Translations under genes and position numbers: made by a program
Notes under the pieces: generated by a model
What the model saw: only the letters and a program-made list of their open reading frames with translations
Databases searched by the model: none
Told to the model about the DNA's origin: nothing
Source: Octopus bimaculoides
Lineage: Eukaryota
Direction of reading: 5' to 3'
DNA: 57,055 nucleotides
Assembly: GCF_001194135.2 (NCBI RefSeq)
Contig: NC_069001.1
Span: forward strand, 28,931,133-28,988,187
Part shown: positions 1-11,110 of the stretch, piece after piece
How positions within the stretch are numbered: the stretch's first letter is position 1
How the letters are laid out: every line of letters starts with the position of its first letter

Positions 1-234
1 TATATATATATATATATATGTTTGTATATACACCCAATATAAATATATGTATTTATGTGTATGTGTGTGTGTTTTCCCACCGTCTCCGCTTGTGTCTGTC
101 TAACTTAGCGGTACTCAAGAGAACCGTTAAATTAGGTACCAGTGGGGTCATTTAGTTCGACTAAAATTCCTCACGGTGGAACCGCCTGGAAGAAATTGCA
201 GTCGAATGAGTCCATACTAGGTCTCTTTTGTTTG

Positions 235-515
235 ATTTTGTCTTGCTTCATATACTATCGGTCTCTTATGCCGAGCTGCTAGTGTGTAGGGACGTAAATA
301 CACCAAAACTGGTTGCGCAGCAGCGGTCAGAAACACGAACATACATATACATAAGCAAATATAGACAGACAAACACACACATTCGATAGGCTTGTTTCAG
401 TTTCCGTCTATCAAACCCAATGGCAGAGCTTGAATCGGCCCGAGGATGTAACACGGAATGGGATTGAACCCGGAATCTTGTGCTAGCAAAGTAACCTTCT
501 ACCCACACAGTTACA
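235..515 (-). mobile_element. Decayed tRNA/CORE-type SINE with internal microsatellite (family D)
   Basis: Reverse complement resembles 7791-8170: GTTTCAGTTTCCGTC block, GGGATTGAACCC (B-box complement), and tail block GGTCTCTT..GCCGA.CTGCTAG....GGGACGTAAA.ACACC. Confidence 0.6.
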
Positions 516-787
516 TCCTTCGCTGATGTTAACCAAAATAAACAAATTTTTCCCTAATCTGCTCTGCCTTTGGTAAAACACTGTACCAAAGCTCCAGTGA
601 CATTATTCAAGTCTGAAAGATATTGCATAGAAGGTCTTGAAATTTTAATGGACTCCGGAAGGCAATTTTTTTCTAACTGAATGCAAAGTTCTTATAAACA
701 AAATATGGAAAATTTCATTATAAAAAATGTCAGAACTCGAGAAGTGGTGTGTATTAAACATATATTAAACGTATGTATGTATTATGA

Positions 788-831
<44 letters not shown>

Positions 832-1332
832 NNNNNNNNNNNNNNNNNNNNNNNNNNNNNNNNNNNNNNNNNNNNNNNNNNNNNNNNNNNNNNNNNNNNN
901 NNNNNNNNNNNNNNNNNNNNNNNNNNNNNNNNNNNNNNNNNNNNNNNNNNNNNNNNNNNNNNNNNNNNNNNNNNNNNNNNNNNNNNNNNNNNNNNNNNNN
1001 NNNNNNNNNNNNNNNNNNNNNNNNNNNNNNNNNNNNNNNNNNNNNNNNNNNNNNNNNNNNNNNNNNNNNNNNNNNNNNNNNNNNNNNNNNNNNNNNNNNN
1101 NNNNNNNNNNNNNNNNNNNNNNNNNNNNNNNNNNNNNNNNNNNNNNNNNNNNNNNNNNNNNNNNNNNNNNNNNNNNNNNNNNNNNNNNNNNNNNNNNNNN
1201 NNNNNNNNNNNNNNNNNNNNNNNNNNNNNNNNNNNNNNNNNNNNNNNNNNNNNNNNNNNNNNNNNNNNNNNNNNNNNNNNNNNNNNNNNNNNNNNNNNNN
1301 NNNNNNNNNNNNNNNNNNNNNNNNNNNNNNNN
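832..1332. other. Assembly gap (first of many)
   Basis: Run of N. Other large gaps: 3393-3852, 5712-6638, 14031-14640, 15400-15978, 20759-21195, 35551-35960, 46999-47530, 52777-53217. Most are bordered by (TA)n on at least one side. Confidence 0.99.
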
Positions 1333-1366
<34 letters not shown>

Positions 1367-2088
1367 ACAATGTCATGCATTTATGAGGAGTATATATAAT
1401 CATATACAATTTCATTTTACTGTTCACATATTAGATTTATAATAATGTATACACCTCCGCCGACCCAGTGATGTATAATGGTATATCACTTTGTGCCTGG
1501 TTTGCGTTCGTATGTTAAAAGCATGACGGTGGGAGACAGTTAATTTAGTGATGGTGAGAGGGAGGGACCATACATTTTTTTTTTTTCTTTGACGTTCTTG
1601 TCAGAGAATTAATTTTAATGTAAAATGCCCATATGTTTAGAAACAAGTGCAGCTTCAAATACATACACACACACATGTATGTATGCATGTTTAGGTATGT
1701 GCATATCTATATAAATGTACATATATATATACATACATAGATACATACACATATGTACACACACAATTACATATATGTGTATTTGGAGGATACCGTATTA
1801 GTTTTAAGTTAAGTTCTTGTGAACGGCAAAACACAAATAAAAGTGTGTGGTACTACACTTAGTTGCTTGTCACTCCGTGAGTTCTTCCAATAGGTAATAA
1901 CGTGTTCTCTTCGTTTGTTAGTAAAAAAATGTCTCCCATATGAATTAGTCTCAACAATAAAGAAGAGAATGGAACTTGTACATCATCAAAATGTTTTTTA
2001 TGGTCATATACAGCTTATTATATTGATCTACACGAGTTTCTGCTGCAGCAACTATTCACTGTTTCAAATGAAATCTTGTAAAATTGTT

Positions 2089-2173
2089 GGACCCTGATGA
2101 AGCGTCAGTGACACTATTGCAAGTTTGCATTTGCAATAATGAGTGGTCGCTGTAGCGAAAACACGTCTAGGTC
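2089..2173 (+). ncRNA. Type I minimal hammerhead ribozyme motif with long stem II (Penelope-type)
   Basis: GACC-CTGATGA (2094-2100)-A-long hairpin (GCGTCAGTGAC/GTCGCTGTAGC outer, TATTGCAA/TTGCAATA inner)-GAAA (2157-2160)-ACACGTC-TA-GGTC. GGTC pairs with the upstream GACC. Stem III is an imperfect palindrome. Confidence 0.6.
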
Positions 2174-2439
2174 ATTATACTTGCCTTCATACTCTTTATC
2201 TTTATTAATATATAAATATATATGTATAATCCGTCACCTGTCTTTCTGCCTTTTGTCTTTCTACTATATATATCCTCTGTATTTTGTATCGTACGTATAA
2301 ATATGTGATACAATGATACACATAAATTGTATATACACACACATAAGTTTTGGGGCTAAATTTGACTGTTTTCATAAAAGAAAATGAAAAGTATTTCAAA
2401 ACATCAAAAGTATCGATAAGAATATGGTAGAGATGTAAA

Positions 2440-3020
2440 AGTTTACCCAAAGTCGCCGCCCTTCGATTCTACAACGGATCCGAAGCCTGGTTCATACGTT
2501 CTTCATTGTATCCCTTTGAAGATAATCTCTGCTGTACTTTATCCAACTGATCGGTCTTAATGTTGCTTACAGACCGGTAGATGACTTTCTCAAATAAATT
2601 AGAGGTCGTGAGTTTACTGTCGCAGAGAATTGAGAGGCCAGCAATTTGGGATCGTGAAGTGGCTGGAATTCAACAACAAACACTTCTGAGTCGTTTTGGA
2701 TGTATGACAAGATGTATCCTGCTACGAAAAGTATGACCTTCCAATAGCAGCCTTCGTCAGCCATAGTTTGACTATAGTACACCATATCATAACGTATTAA
2801 ACTGTGTCAAAGACTATGTTCAGATATGCAGCTTGGCGCCGACCACACTGGAATCACATGCGAAGACAATCAAAGTTAAGGGGAACTTGATAACTATGAT
2901 GTCCATCTCAAGTCCTACAGTTTTAACAATGTCAAAAGAGCATTTAACAGCAATCACAATGTCTGCATTTCGATTCCTGGCACGTATCAGTATGATACAA
3001 GTAACTATTTTCCAATGTTC
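2440..3020 (-). mobile_element. Decayed, internally deleted Tc1/mariner (DD37D/maT-like) transposase
   Basis: Minus-strand frames give HWKIVTCIILIRARNRNADIVIAVKCSFDIVKTV, then IKFPLTLIVF, IVKLWLTKAAIGRSYFS*QDTSCHTSKTTQKCL, IPNCWPLNS and QRDTMKNV*TRLR. These match the mariner motifs VVKPW..AAGRPYVWQQDSAPCHTS, WPPNSPD and the C-terminal helix. Many stops and frameshifts. Confidence 0.75.
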
Positions 3021-3151
3021 ATATGTGTTTCAGTCCCACATGTTAGGTCACTTTGTTTCAACTATAACCGTAATATCAATGCTTTCCAACGTCGTTTATT
3101 TATCTCCAAGACATGAAGCTGTCCACTCCTGCCAGCAAAGACGACAGATAA

Positions 3152-3320
3152 GGCGGTGAGCTGGCAGACACATTAGCACGCCGGGCGAAATGCTCAGCGG
3201 TGTTTTGTCTGTCTTTACGCTCTGAGTTCAAATTCCGCTGCGGTCGACTTTGCATTTCAGTTTTTCGGGGTTCGACAAATTAAGTACCAGTTGCATCCTG
3301 GAGTTGATCTATTCGACGCA
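3152..3320 (+). mobile_element. ~200 bp Pol III SINE (family C)
   Basis: GGCGGTGAGCTGGCAGA..TTAGCACGCCGGGCGAAATGC head, B box GAGTTCAAATTCC, GGTCGACTTTGC, TTTCGGGGTTCGACAAATTAAGTACCAG. Many similar copies in the window. Confidence 0.8.
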
Positions 3321-4099
3321 TTGTGAGTAGATTTGGTTGACAGAAACTGAAAGTATCCCGTCGTATTTATATATATATATATATATATATATNNNNNNNN
3401 NNNNNNNNNNNNNNNNNNNNNNNNNNNNNNNNNNNNNNNNNNNNNNNNNNNNNNNNNNNNNNNNNNNNNNNNNNNNNNNNNNNNNNNNNNNNNNNNNNNN
3501 NNNNNNNNNNNNNNNNNNNNNNNNNNNNNNNNNNNNNNNNNNNNNNNNNNNNNNNNNNNNNNNNNNNNNNNNNNNNNNNNNNNNNNNNNNNNNNNNNNNN
3601 NNNNNNNNNNNNNNNNNNNNNNNNNNNNNNNNNNNNNNNNNNNNNNNNNNNNNNNNNNNNNNNNNNNNNNNNNNNNNNNNNNNNNNNNNNNNNNNNNNNN
3701 NNNNNNNNNNNNNNNNNNNNNNNNNNNNNNNNNNNNNNNNNNNNNNNNNNNNNNNNNNNNNNNNNNNNNNNNNNNNNNNNNNNNNNNNNNNNNNNNNNNN
3801 NNNNNNNNNNNNNNNNNNNNNNNNNNNNNNNNNNNNNNNNNNNNNNNNNNNNATATATATATATATATATACATACATACAGAGAGGGAGAGAGAGTTAT
3901 GTGTATATGTGTGTTTGTATGTGTATATTCAACTATACACACACACGCGCATTTATATTCATGAGTTGCTACTATATGGCAAGTGATTTGATCGGAAACC
4001 GTCTGTTGGGATTAAAACAAGAGTTTCTGTCACTTCTGCATTTTTTTTTTTTGATTTCCTTCTTTCTCTGGCTCTTTTCTCTCTTTCTCTGACCCTCTC

Positions 4100-4620
4100 A
4101 TTTTCACTATCTTCCTCAATTCCTCTTGCTGGTTTTGCTTGTCAATGTCTATGTCAGGTCAGGTCAAGGTGTTATATATATCTTGCATTCTTACATTCTC
4201 TAGTTTATTTTATCGCAAACATTCCTGTCTTCGTTCACTGAACTACATTATCATACATCTTCCATCTAGCTATGTCCTGGTATTTAAGCTTTGTTCACTA
4301 TCTTTTTTTTTTTATGGAAAAGCTGTAACTGTAGAGAGACTTGGGAACTCGCGAACGCACTCTTAAACATTGCTAATTTCTTTCAGTTTATTTACGTCCT
4401 TAATGTTTTGTGTGCATCTTTTTACTGCTACATTGCGTTGCCAATGCTACACTTCTTGATGACTTTCTTGTAATTTTGTCTCGTATAAACCTGCTACAAC
4501 ATTTGGTCGTTGACGCTCTTTTTAACCTTCCGACGTCCAGTGTTTTTCCTGATTATTACCTGAGCAAAGAACCAATATTCAAGCATTTTATCCAACTGTG
4601 ACAATTGTGTTTGATTTATT
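4100..4620 (-). mobile_element. Possible RTE-like APE endonuclease relic
   Basis: Weak fragments only: IVTVG*NA, NVVAGLYETK, QRNVAVKRCTQNIKD. They resemble the RTE APE N-terminus. Confidence 0.3.
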
Positions 4621-4959
4621 GTTTTCTGTACCTAGTGTCTGTCCCATAATGGAATGTTCCCATATCCAAAGATGTAAGAATTACATTTATACGCGGTTTG
4701 ACTGCTATTTCCAGTAGGTGGTACTAGATTGTGGCGCACCCATTGGTTTGTCACAGGTTTAGTATAAATACTGTTTTTCATAACGGAGTCAAAATACCGT
4801 AGGTGCTATCCGTCTCTTTTTTCCTCATCCTGGAGCCAACAAATGAAGTACCAGCTGTCTATTGTTATTCAATAAATCAAAAATACTTTTCGATATACAT
4901 CTATCACCCTATAATCCATATAATCGGGTGTTGCAATATACCGCTGGTTCTACTAATCT

Positions 4960-5290
4960 TTAATTCTTCCCTTATTGTCTCCTGTCCCAAATTTGTTCCA
5001 AATCGTTCAATTAAATTGTCTTCTCACCGTCATAGAGAACACCGTCGTAGAGAACTTCCGTCTCAATTTCTAGTATACTATTCGGCAAGCGTACGTAACC
5101 ACCGGTTTTCTCTAAACCTTGCAACATGTCCAGCCCAACAGAACTTGGGGTTTCAGAATCATGCAATCAAGTCGTAAACTCTGTCCATTCTCGATTAGTT
5201 TTCTCCTTTCTGATATGCTCTCACAATAATATTCATAGCATGAATTCTCCTCTATTTTCTGAATATATGTTTTCGATCGAGTAAATGACT
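4960..5290 (-). mobile_element. RTE-clade LINE RT C-terminal relic
   Basis: Minus frames give EHIRKEK, RVYDLIA, PKFCWAGHVARFRENRWLRTLAE*YTRN and R*EDNLIERFGTN. This matches the RTE tail consensus KWRWAGHVAR..DNRW..EWYPR..RWED. Confidence 0.7.
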
Positions 5291-5677
5291 GTTTATGATT
5301 TCAATTTGTATGAATGTTCACAAAGATGGACCAGTCACGGTTAAACTTAGTTTTGAACGTTACTACTCAACTGTTTCACAAAAAAAAAAGAAACAATGAG
5401 TAAGGAAGACAGTTTGGAGGGTTGACTTTCAGAGGAGAGAATGGTATGGTTTGTGTTTAGTGCGTCACCTTGGTAGAGTTGCCGCATAAAAAGAAATAAG
5501 GGAGCGGCAAGAGCCTGACAGAAAGACGGTACAGCTATGCGAAGAGGCCACAGTAGTAGTAGTAGTAGTAGTAGTAGTAATCCAAGTCACTCTAAAACAT
5601 TGTTGTCTTTTCTCATAGCTATTCCTGCTACAACTGCGACAACATGAATTTATTCCATGCTCTTGCTCTCTTAATAA

Positions 5678-5711
<34 letters not shown>

Positions 5712-7189
5712 NNNNNNNNNNNNNNNNNNNNNNNNNNNNNNNNNNNNNNNNNNNNNNNNNNNNNNNNNNNNNNNNNNNNNNNNNNNNNNNNNNNNNNNNN
5801 NNNNNNNNNNNNNNNNNNNNNNNNNNNNNNNNNNNNNNNNNNNNNNNNNNNNNNNNNNNNNNNNNNNNNNNNNNNNNNNNNNNNNNNNNNNNNNNNNNNN
5901 NNNNNNNNNNNNNNNNNNNNNNNNNNNNNNNNNNNNNNNNNNNNNNNNNNNNNNNNNNNNNNNNNNNNNNNNNNNNNNNNNNNNNNNNNNNNNNNNNNNN
6001 NNNNNNNNNNNNNNNNNNNNNNNNNNNNNNNNNNNNNNNNNNNNNNNNNNNNNNNNNNNNNNNNNNNNNNNNNNNNNNNNNNNNNNNNNNNNNNNNNNNN
6101 NNNNNNNNNNNNNNNNNNNNNNNNNNNNNNNNNNNNNNNNNNNNNNNNNNNNNNNNNNNNNNNNNNNNNNNNNNNNNNNNNNNNNNNNNNNNNNNNNNNN
6201 NNNNNNNNNNNNNNNNNNNNNNNNNNNNNNNNNNNNNNNNNNNNNNNNNNNNNNNNNNNNNNNNNNNNNNNNNNNNNNNNNNNNNNNNNNNNNNNNNNNN
6301 NNNNNNNNNNNNNNNNNNNNNNNNNNNNNNNNNNNNNNNNNNNNNNNNNNNNNNNNNNNNNNNNNNNNNNNNNNNNNNNNNNNNNNNNNNNNNNNNNNNN
6401 NNNNNNNNNNNNNNNNNNNNNNNNNNNNNNNNNNNNNNNNNNNNNNNNNNNNNNNNNNNNNNNNNNNNNNNNNNNNNNNNNNNNNNNNNNNNNNNNNNNN
6501 NNNNNNNNNNNNNNNNNNNNNNNNNNNNNNNNNNNNNNNNNNNNNNNNNNNNNNNNNNNNNNNNNNNNNNNNNNNNNNNNNNNNNNNNNNNNNNNNNNNN
6601 NNNNNNNNNNNNNNNNNNNNNNNNNNNNNNNNNNNNNNTATATATATATATATATATATGCGTGTATATACATATGTGTGCATATGCACATACGTGTGAC
6701 TGTGTGTGCGCGCGTGTATGGATGTGAGAGCCAGGTACCCACATACATATGAACATCAGGAAGAAAAATGGAATTTGTAACTGTATATAAAACCACCACA
6801 TGTATACATCTATATATTTACATATGTTATTAGTTATCCTTGTGTATGAAATACAAATAACACTGAACTTAGGTAATTACCAGCAGAGTTAGATACGAGT
6901 GGTGAACGAATTAAATGAGTGCAGGTCGTCGACCGCTCATCGTGTCAGGTATCATAACAAAATAAGCCTTCAACCTCTCCTTCGATAGCGTATTACATGA
7001 GTAAAGATATTAAAATCATCGTCGGCTTCTCATCGGGTACTGGTTTTATAAAAGAGAATACTGATTAAATCCTTTTGTTTTTGCTACTTTTATTTTAACG
7101 AAAATTTAACGAAAATTTCTGACATGTTTGAAGTGTTGGGGACCGTTTTCCACACGGCTACCAACTGCACTCATCTTAATACACACAGA

Positions 7190-7385
7190 AGTCTATCAAT
7201 ATATATGGGAGAATTTACGAAAAAAAACAACAACAGACGAGGACAGGTGGTGTAGACAACAAAAGGATGTATCAGTTTAACGCTCGGGAATACAAACAGT
7301 CTTTAACGTTTCGAGCTACATTCTTCAAAAGAAAGAATACGAAGAAAACAAGGAGAAAAAAACACGGAGAAAAAACAACCAACAT
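7190..7385 (-). mobile_element. Short Penelope-type repeat with degenerate hammerhead-like motif
   Basis: Minus strand 7335-7301 reads CTTT-CTTTTGA-A-GAATGTAGCTC-GAAA-CG-TT-AAAG, which has hammerhead topology with a mutated core and stem II. The surrounding sequence is recalled as a common octopus repeat. Confidence 0.4.
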
Positions 7386-7433
<48 letters not shown>

Positions 7434-7479
7434 TGTACAGCAGCTTCTATCTACACGCATATCTCACGTATACGCAATT

Positions 7480-7760
7480 TATGGTTGTCTCCATCAGTGT
7501 TTGTCTTTAATCTTTTATTTTTTAGATGTTTTAGTCATTGGATCGCGGCCATGCTGGAGAATTGCCCTCAATGTTTTTTCTTTTTTTTTTCGCGTTTTAT
7601 TCTTTTCTTTTTAGTATGATGAATCGACCCGGGTACTTACTTGTAAACCTGCTATTTATTCCATGTGTCTCTTGTCTAATTGTTAAATTACGGAGACTCA
7701 TACGCAATAACACCGTGTGTCAAACAGCGCTGGGGGACAAAGACAAAACACAACGGCACA
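7480..7760 (-). mobile_element. Family D SINE 3' half
   Basis: CGGCCATGCTGGAG...GAATCGACCCGGGTACTTACTTGT...CCTGCTATTTATTC...GTGTCAAACAGCG.TGGGGGACAAAGACAAAACAC is the reverse complement of the family D tail. Confidence 0.6.
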
Positions 7761-7790
7761 CGCACGTATATGTGTGTGTATACATATAAG

Positions 7791-8170
7791 TGTGGCTGTG
7801 TGGTATGAAGCTTGCTTCCCGACCACGTGGTTCTGGGTTCAGTCCCACGGCGTGACACCTTAGGCAAGTGTCTTCTACTGGAGCCTTGGACCGACCAAAG
7901 CCTTGTGACTGGATATATTATACGGAGACTGAAAGAAACCCGTCATGTGTGTATGTATGTATATATGTGTGTATGTGTGTGTATGTTTTGTGTCTGAATC
8001 TGTGTTTGTTCTCGCCACCATCGCTTTAGAACTCATATTGGTGTTTTTATATCTTATACGTAGTGGTTCGGCAAAAGAGGCGATAAAATACGTACTCGAC
8101 TTACAAAGAATAATCCCCGGGATCGATTTGTACGACTAAAGAAGGTGCTCTAACATCGGCGTCTGAAGAC
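7791..8170 (+). mobile_element. tRNA/CORE-type SINE with internal (TG/TA)n (family D)
   Basis: TGGCTGTGTGG A-box, GGGTTCAGTCCC B-box, CORE-like CACCTTAGGCAAGTGTCTTCTACT, CTGAAAGAAACCCGTC plus microsatellite, and tail GGTTCGGCAAAAGAG..GATCGATTTG..GACTAAA. Confidence 0.75.
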
Positions 8171-8529
8171 AAACGTGCAAAAGAGTACACACACACACAA
8201 ACGTGCATACACATACATACGTACACACTCACACACACAAAGATACATACACACACATGGCCACATTTATTTCTCTGCTTGTTTGAAAATTGGAGCCGTC
8301 TGCACGTGAAACCACTTAGTGTATTCTAAGTACATTTAATACTGAAAATAAATATTTCTATTTTATTTTTACCAGTACGATCCGGAAACAAGATTTTATT
8401 CTGTTAAAAGCCTGTAATCAGGCGAAATGTAGCTGACACGTGACTGACAAGGATAATGACCGAACATTTCTCCAACTCCCTTGTATATATTCAAAAAATT
8501 TAAGCTCTACTGCCATGGATTTGGTAACA

Positions 8530-8680
8530 TGAGTAACTAATTATGTTTATCTATATATAACTAATTATATATAATTAATTATCGATATATAACTAACTAA
8601 TTACATATAATTATCTATATATAGCTAATTATATATAACTAGCTGTCTTTATATAACTAGTAATTCCTATCTAATTATTT
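8530..8680. repeat. AT-rich degenerate minisatellite
   Basis: Repeated TAACTAATTATATATA/ATCTATATA units. Confidence 0.6.
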
Positions 8681-8830
8681 GTATACATGGGTAACTATTT
8701 ATTTCTATTTAAACTTTGGCAAAACTACGAGAGAACCGTAACGAATATTTTTTTTTCTAAATGCACAAGGCCAGAAATGTTGAGGGAGGAGGATAGTCAA
8801 TTACATCGAACCTACTACTTGCTACGCAGG

Positions 8831-9218
8831 TTGTGTGTGTTGGCACTCCGTCGCTTACGACGTCGAGGGTTCCAGTTGATCCGATCAACGGAACAGCCTG
8901 CTCGTGAAATTAACGTGCAAGTGGCTGAGCACTCCACAAACACGTGTACCCTTAACGTAGTTCTCGGGGATATTCAGCGTGACACAGTGTGACAAGGCTG
9001 GCCCTTTGGATTACAGACACAACAGAAACAGGAAGTAAGAGTGAGAGAAAGTTGTGGTGAAAGAGTACAGCAGGGTTCACCACCATCCCCTGCCGGAGCC
9101 TCGGGGAACTTTTGGTGTTTTCGCTCAATAAACACTCACAACGCCCGGTCTGGGAATCGAAACTGCGATCTTATGACTGCGAGTCCGCTGCCCTAACCAT
9201 TGGGCCTATGCACCTCCA
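8831..9218 (-). mobile_element. ~390 bp tRNA-derived SINE (family A head + tail 1), nested in a family C copy
   Basis: Near-identical to 16565-16943 (+) and 50515-50903 (-). Minus-strand head GGAGGTGCATAGGCCCAATGGTTAGGGCAGCGGACTCGCAG..TTTCGATTCCCAG. The flanks 8700-8815 and 9225-9340 are the two halves of a family C SINE. Confidence 0.9.
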
Positions 9219-10119
9219 CTACATATGCTAACGACCCAGAAAAGATGAAAAGCAAAGTCGGGCCTCACGGAATTTGAACCGATTTTGACGAAACGCCACC
9301 AAGTAATTTACCCGACACGCTAACGATTCTGCCAGCAAGATTTTAGTTGTATTGAGTGGAAGAGAGAGACGAGGAAATGGGTTATCTTGAGAATCTAATT
9401 AGAGCAAAACGAGCGTAGTAATATAATAACGTGGCTTTGAAACCGGAAGTAATAACAAAAAAAGTTAAACTTATGGATGAGAAGCACGAAAACAACGACA
9501 AGAACAAACGCAAGAAAATATCTGAGAACAAGATGAACGGAAGAAACACACACATACAGAGATACAATGACTCTCTTACATAGACAAGCACACTCGCAGA
9601 CACTGTCTCTATACATCGCTCAAACATTCATTCATTATGAAAACAACATCGGGAGAAGGAAATACTCGTGGGAGAAATATTCCGTGGAAATATTTTAAAG
9701 ACGAACCCATAAAGGTAGATATTACATTAGAATTTTATCGTTTCCAGAAAAGATAAATTTAATTGCAGCTTTGGAGGGAAAAGCTGTTTTACTTTATTTA
9801 TGTATGTTTATCTGCAAACAAAAGCCCAACCCAAAAGATTTCTCTTAGCGCTTCATCGTCAGTTACCCGACCCTAACATTCCTGGCCACTCTCCCACGTT
9901 GTAACATATATTACTACTACAACAAATAATAATAATAATAATAATAATAATAACGGTAATACTTCTACAATAAAGAAAACAAGAAAAGATAACGGATTTT
10001 GTTGGAGAAGAATCCGTCTGATATGATAAACTACTTCCTCCTTAGTTACAACGAAGTAGATCGCTAATGTGTGTGTGTGTGTGTAGAATATTTGTTTTTT
10101 TCTCGGACAACGCCTTTCA

Positions 10120-10460
10120 AAGCACAGCAACATGATGGTGGTGGTGGTGGTGATGATGATGATCACTCGTCATCATCGTCATCATTATCATCCTCACCAA
10201 CACTTTCAAGCGTACTAACACCACGTTCACCTCGACTACCATAACTATCATCACCGCTGTCATCATTAACATAATCCTCCTCCCCTTCATCATCATCATT
10301 ACCACCATCATCAGCATCCCCCTCCTCCTCATCCAAATCATCATCATCATCAACAACGAATTTCACATATAGTAACGACCAACCTCATTATCTCCAAGGC
10401 CACTACCAACGCCTTCACCATCACCTCCATCAGCAATACCATCATCATTATAAACATCGA
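10120..10460. repeat. Degenerate (CAT/CAC/CCT)n trinucleotide low-complexity tract
   Basis: Mosaic of ATC, ACC and CTC triplets. It produces spurious acidic and hydrophobic ORFs on the minus strand. Confidence 0.75.
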
Positions 10461-10960
10461 CAATACAAACACTATTTTTCTCCACTCATTATTAGAATCA
10501 ACAACAAAAACAATCACTTCGATAAGAACATCAACAGCTTCCAAAACTGAATAAATAAACTGATTACAGCAAAAACAAAAGAAACTACCTTTAACCACAA
10601 TAAACATTAATTATATGAAGAGCGAAGAACGGAACACCTTTTATAAAAAAAGACAAAAACAAATTGCAGCTGCAACATCTATGAAAGATATCTGCAAGAA
10701 TGGTTCCTATAGCAAAAAGAGTTAAACTTTCAGGAAACCTTCGAGAATGCCAGAATGCCTTTATTAGGTTTCTAGATCTGCAACAAACAGTAGTCAATTT
10801 TATGACAGACGGTGGCTTCTCTTAAGATGTAGTTATATTGAATAATGCGATTTGGAGTACGGAATGCTTAAAATATAAGGAAAAGAAACGGATGGAGAAG
10901 GCTAGAATCATTTTGAAAATAAGTGTACAGTAATCCCTCACCATATCACGGTTCACCTAT

Positions 10961-11110
10961 CGAAAAATACCTGAGGAATGAGATCCCAGTTTCGAAATTT
11001 CCCCAAGACACCTGATGAAGGCTGGAGGGTATATCTGCCGAAACGTTGTCTTAACAACAAACAACATGAAGACAAATATCCGTCAAATTTAAATACTGCA
11101 TATGACTTCT
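10961..11110 (+). mobile_element. Short hammerhead-bearing non-autonomous element (3' part)
   Basis: Collinear with 43390-43535 (-): AAAAATACCT.AGGAATGAGA.CCCAG.TTCGAAA.TTCC..AAGACAC, then hammerhead, then AACAACAAACAA.ATGA.GA.AAATAT..GTC.AAT.TAAATA. Confidence 0.75.
11007..11052 (+). ncRNA. Type I minimal hammerhead ribozyme motif
   Basis: GACAC-CTGATGA (11012-11018)-A-GGCTG-GAGGGTATAT-CTGCC-GAAA (11040-11043)-CG-TT-GTCTT. Stem II has one mismatch. Stem III is the palindrome AACGTT, typical of dimer-acting Penelope hammerheads. Confidence 0.65.

Noticed and set aside
10117-10607. Acidic ORF (DDDDLDEEEG...) as a coding exon
   Set aside because: It is one of several overlapping low-complexity frames from a decayed trinucleotide tract. 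The acidic register shifts frame upstream and there is no clear splice acceptor.
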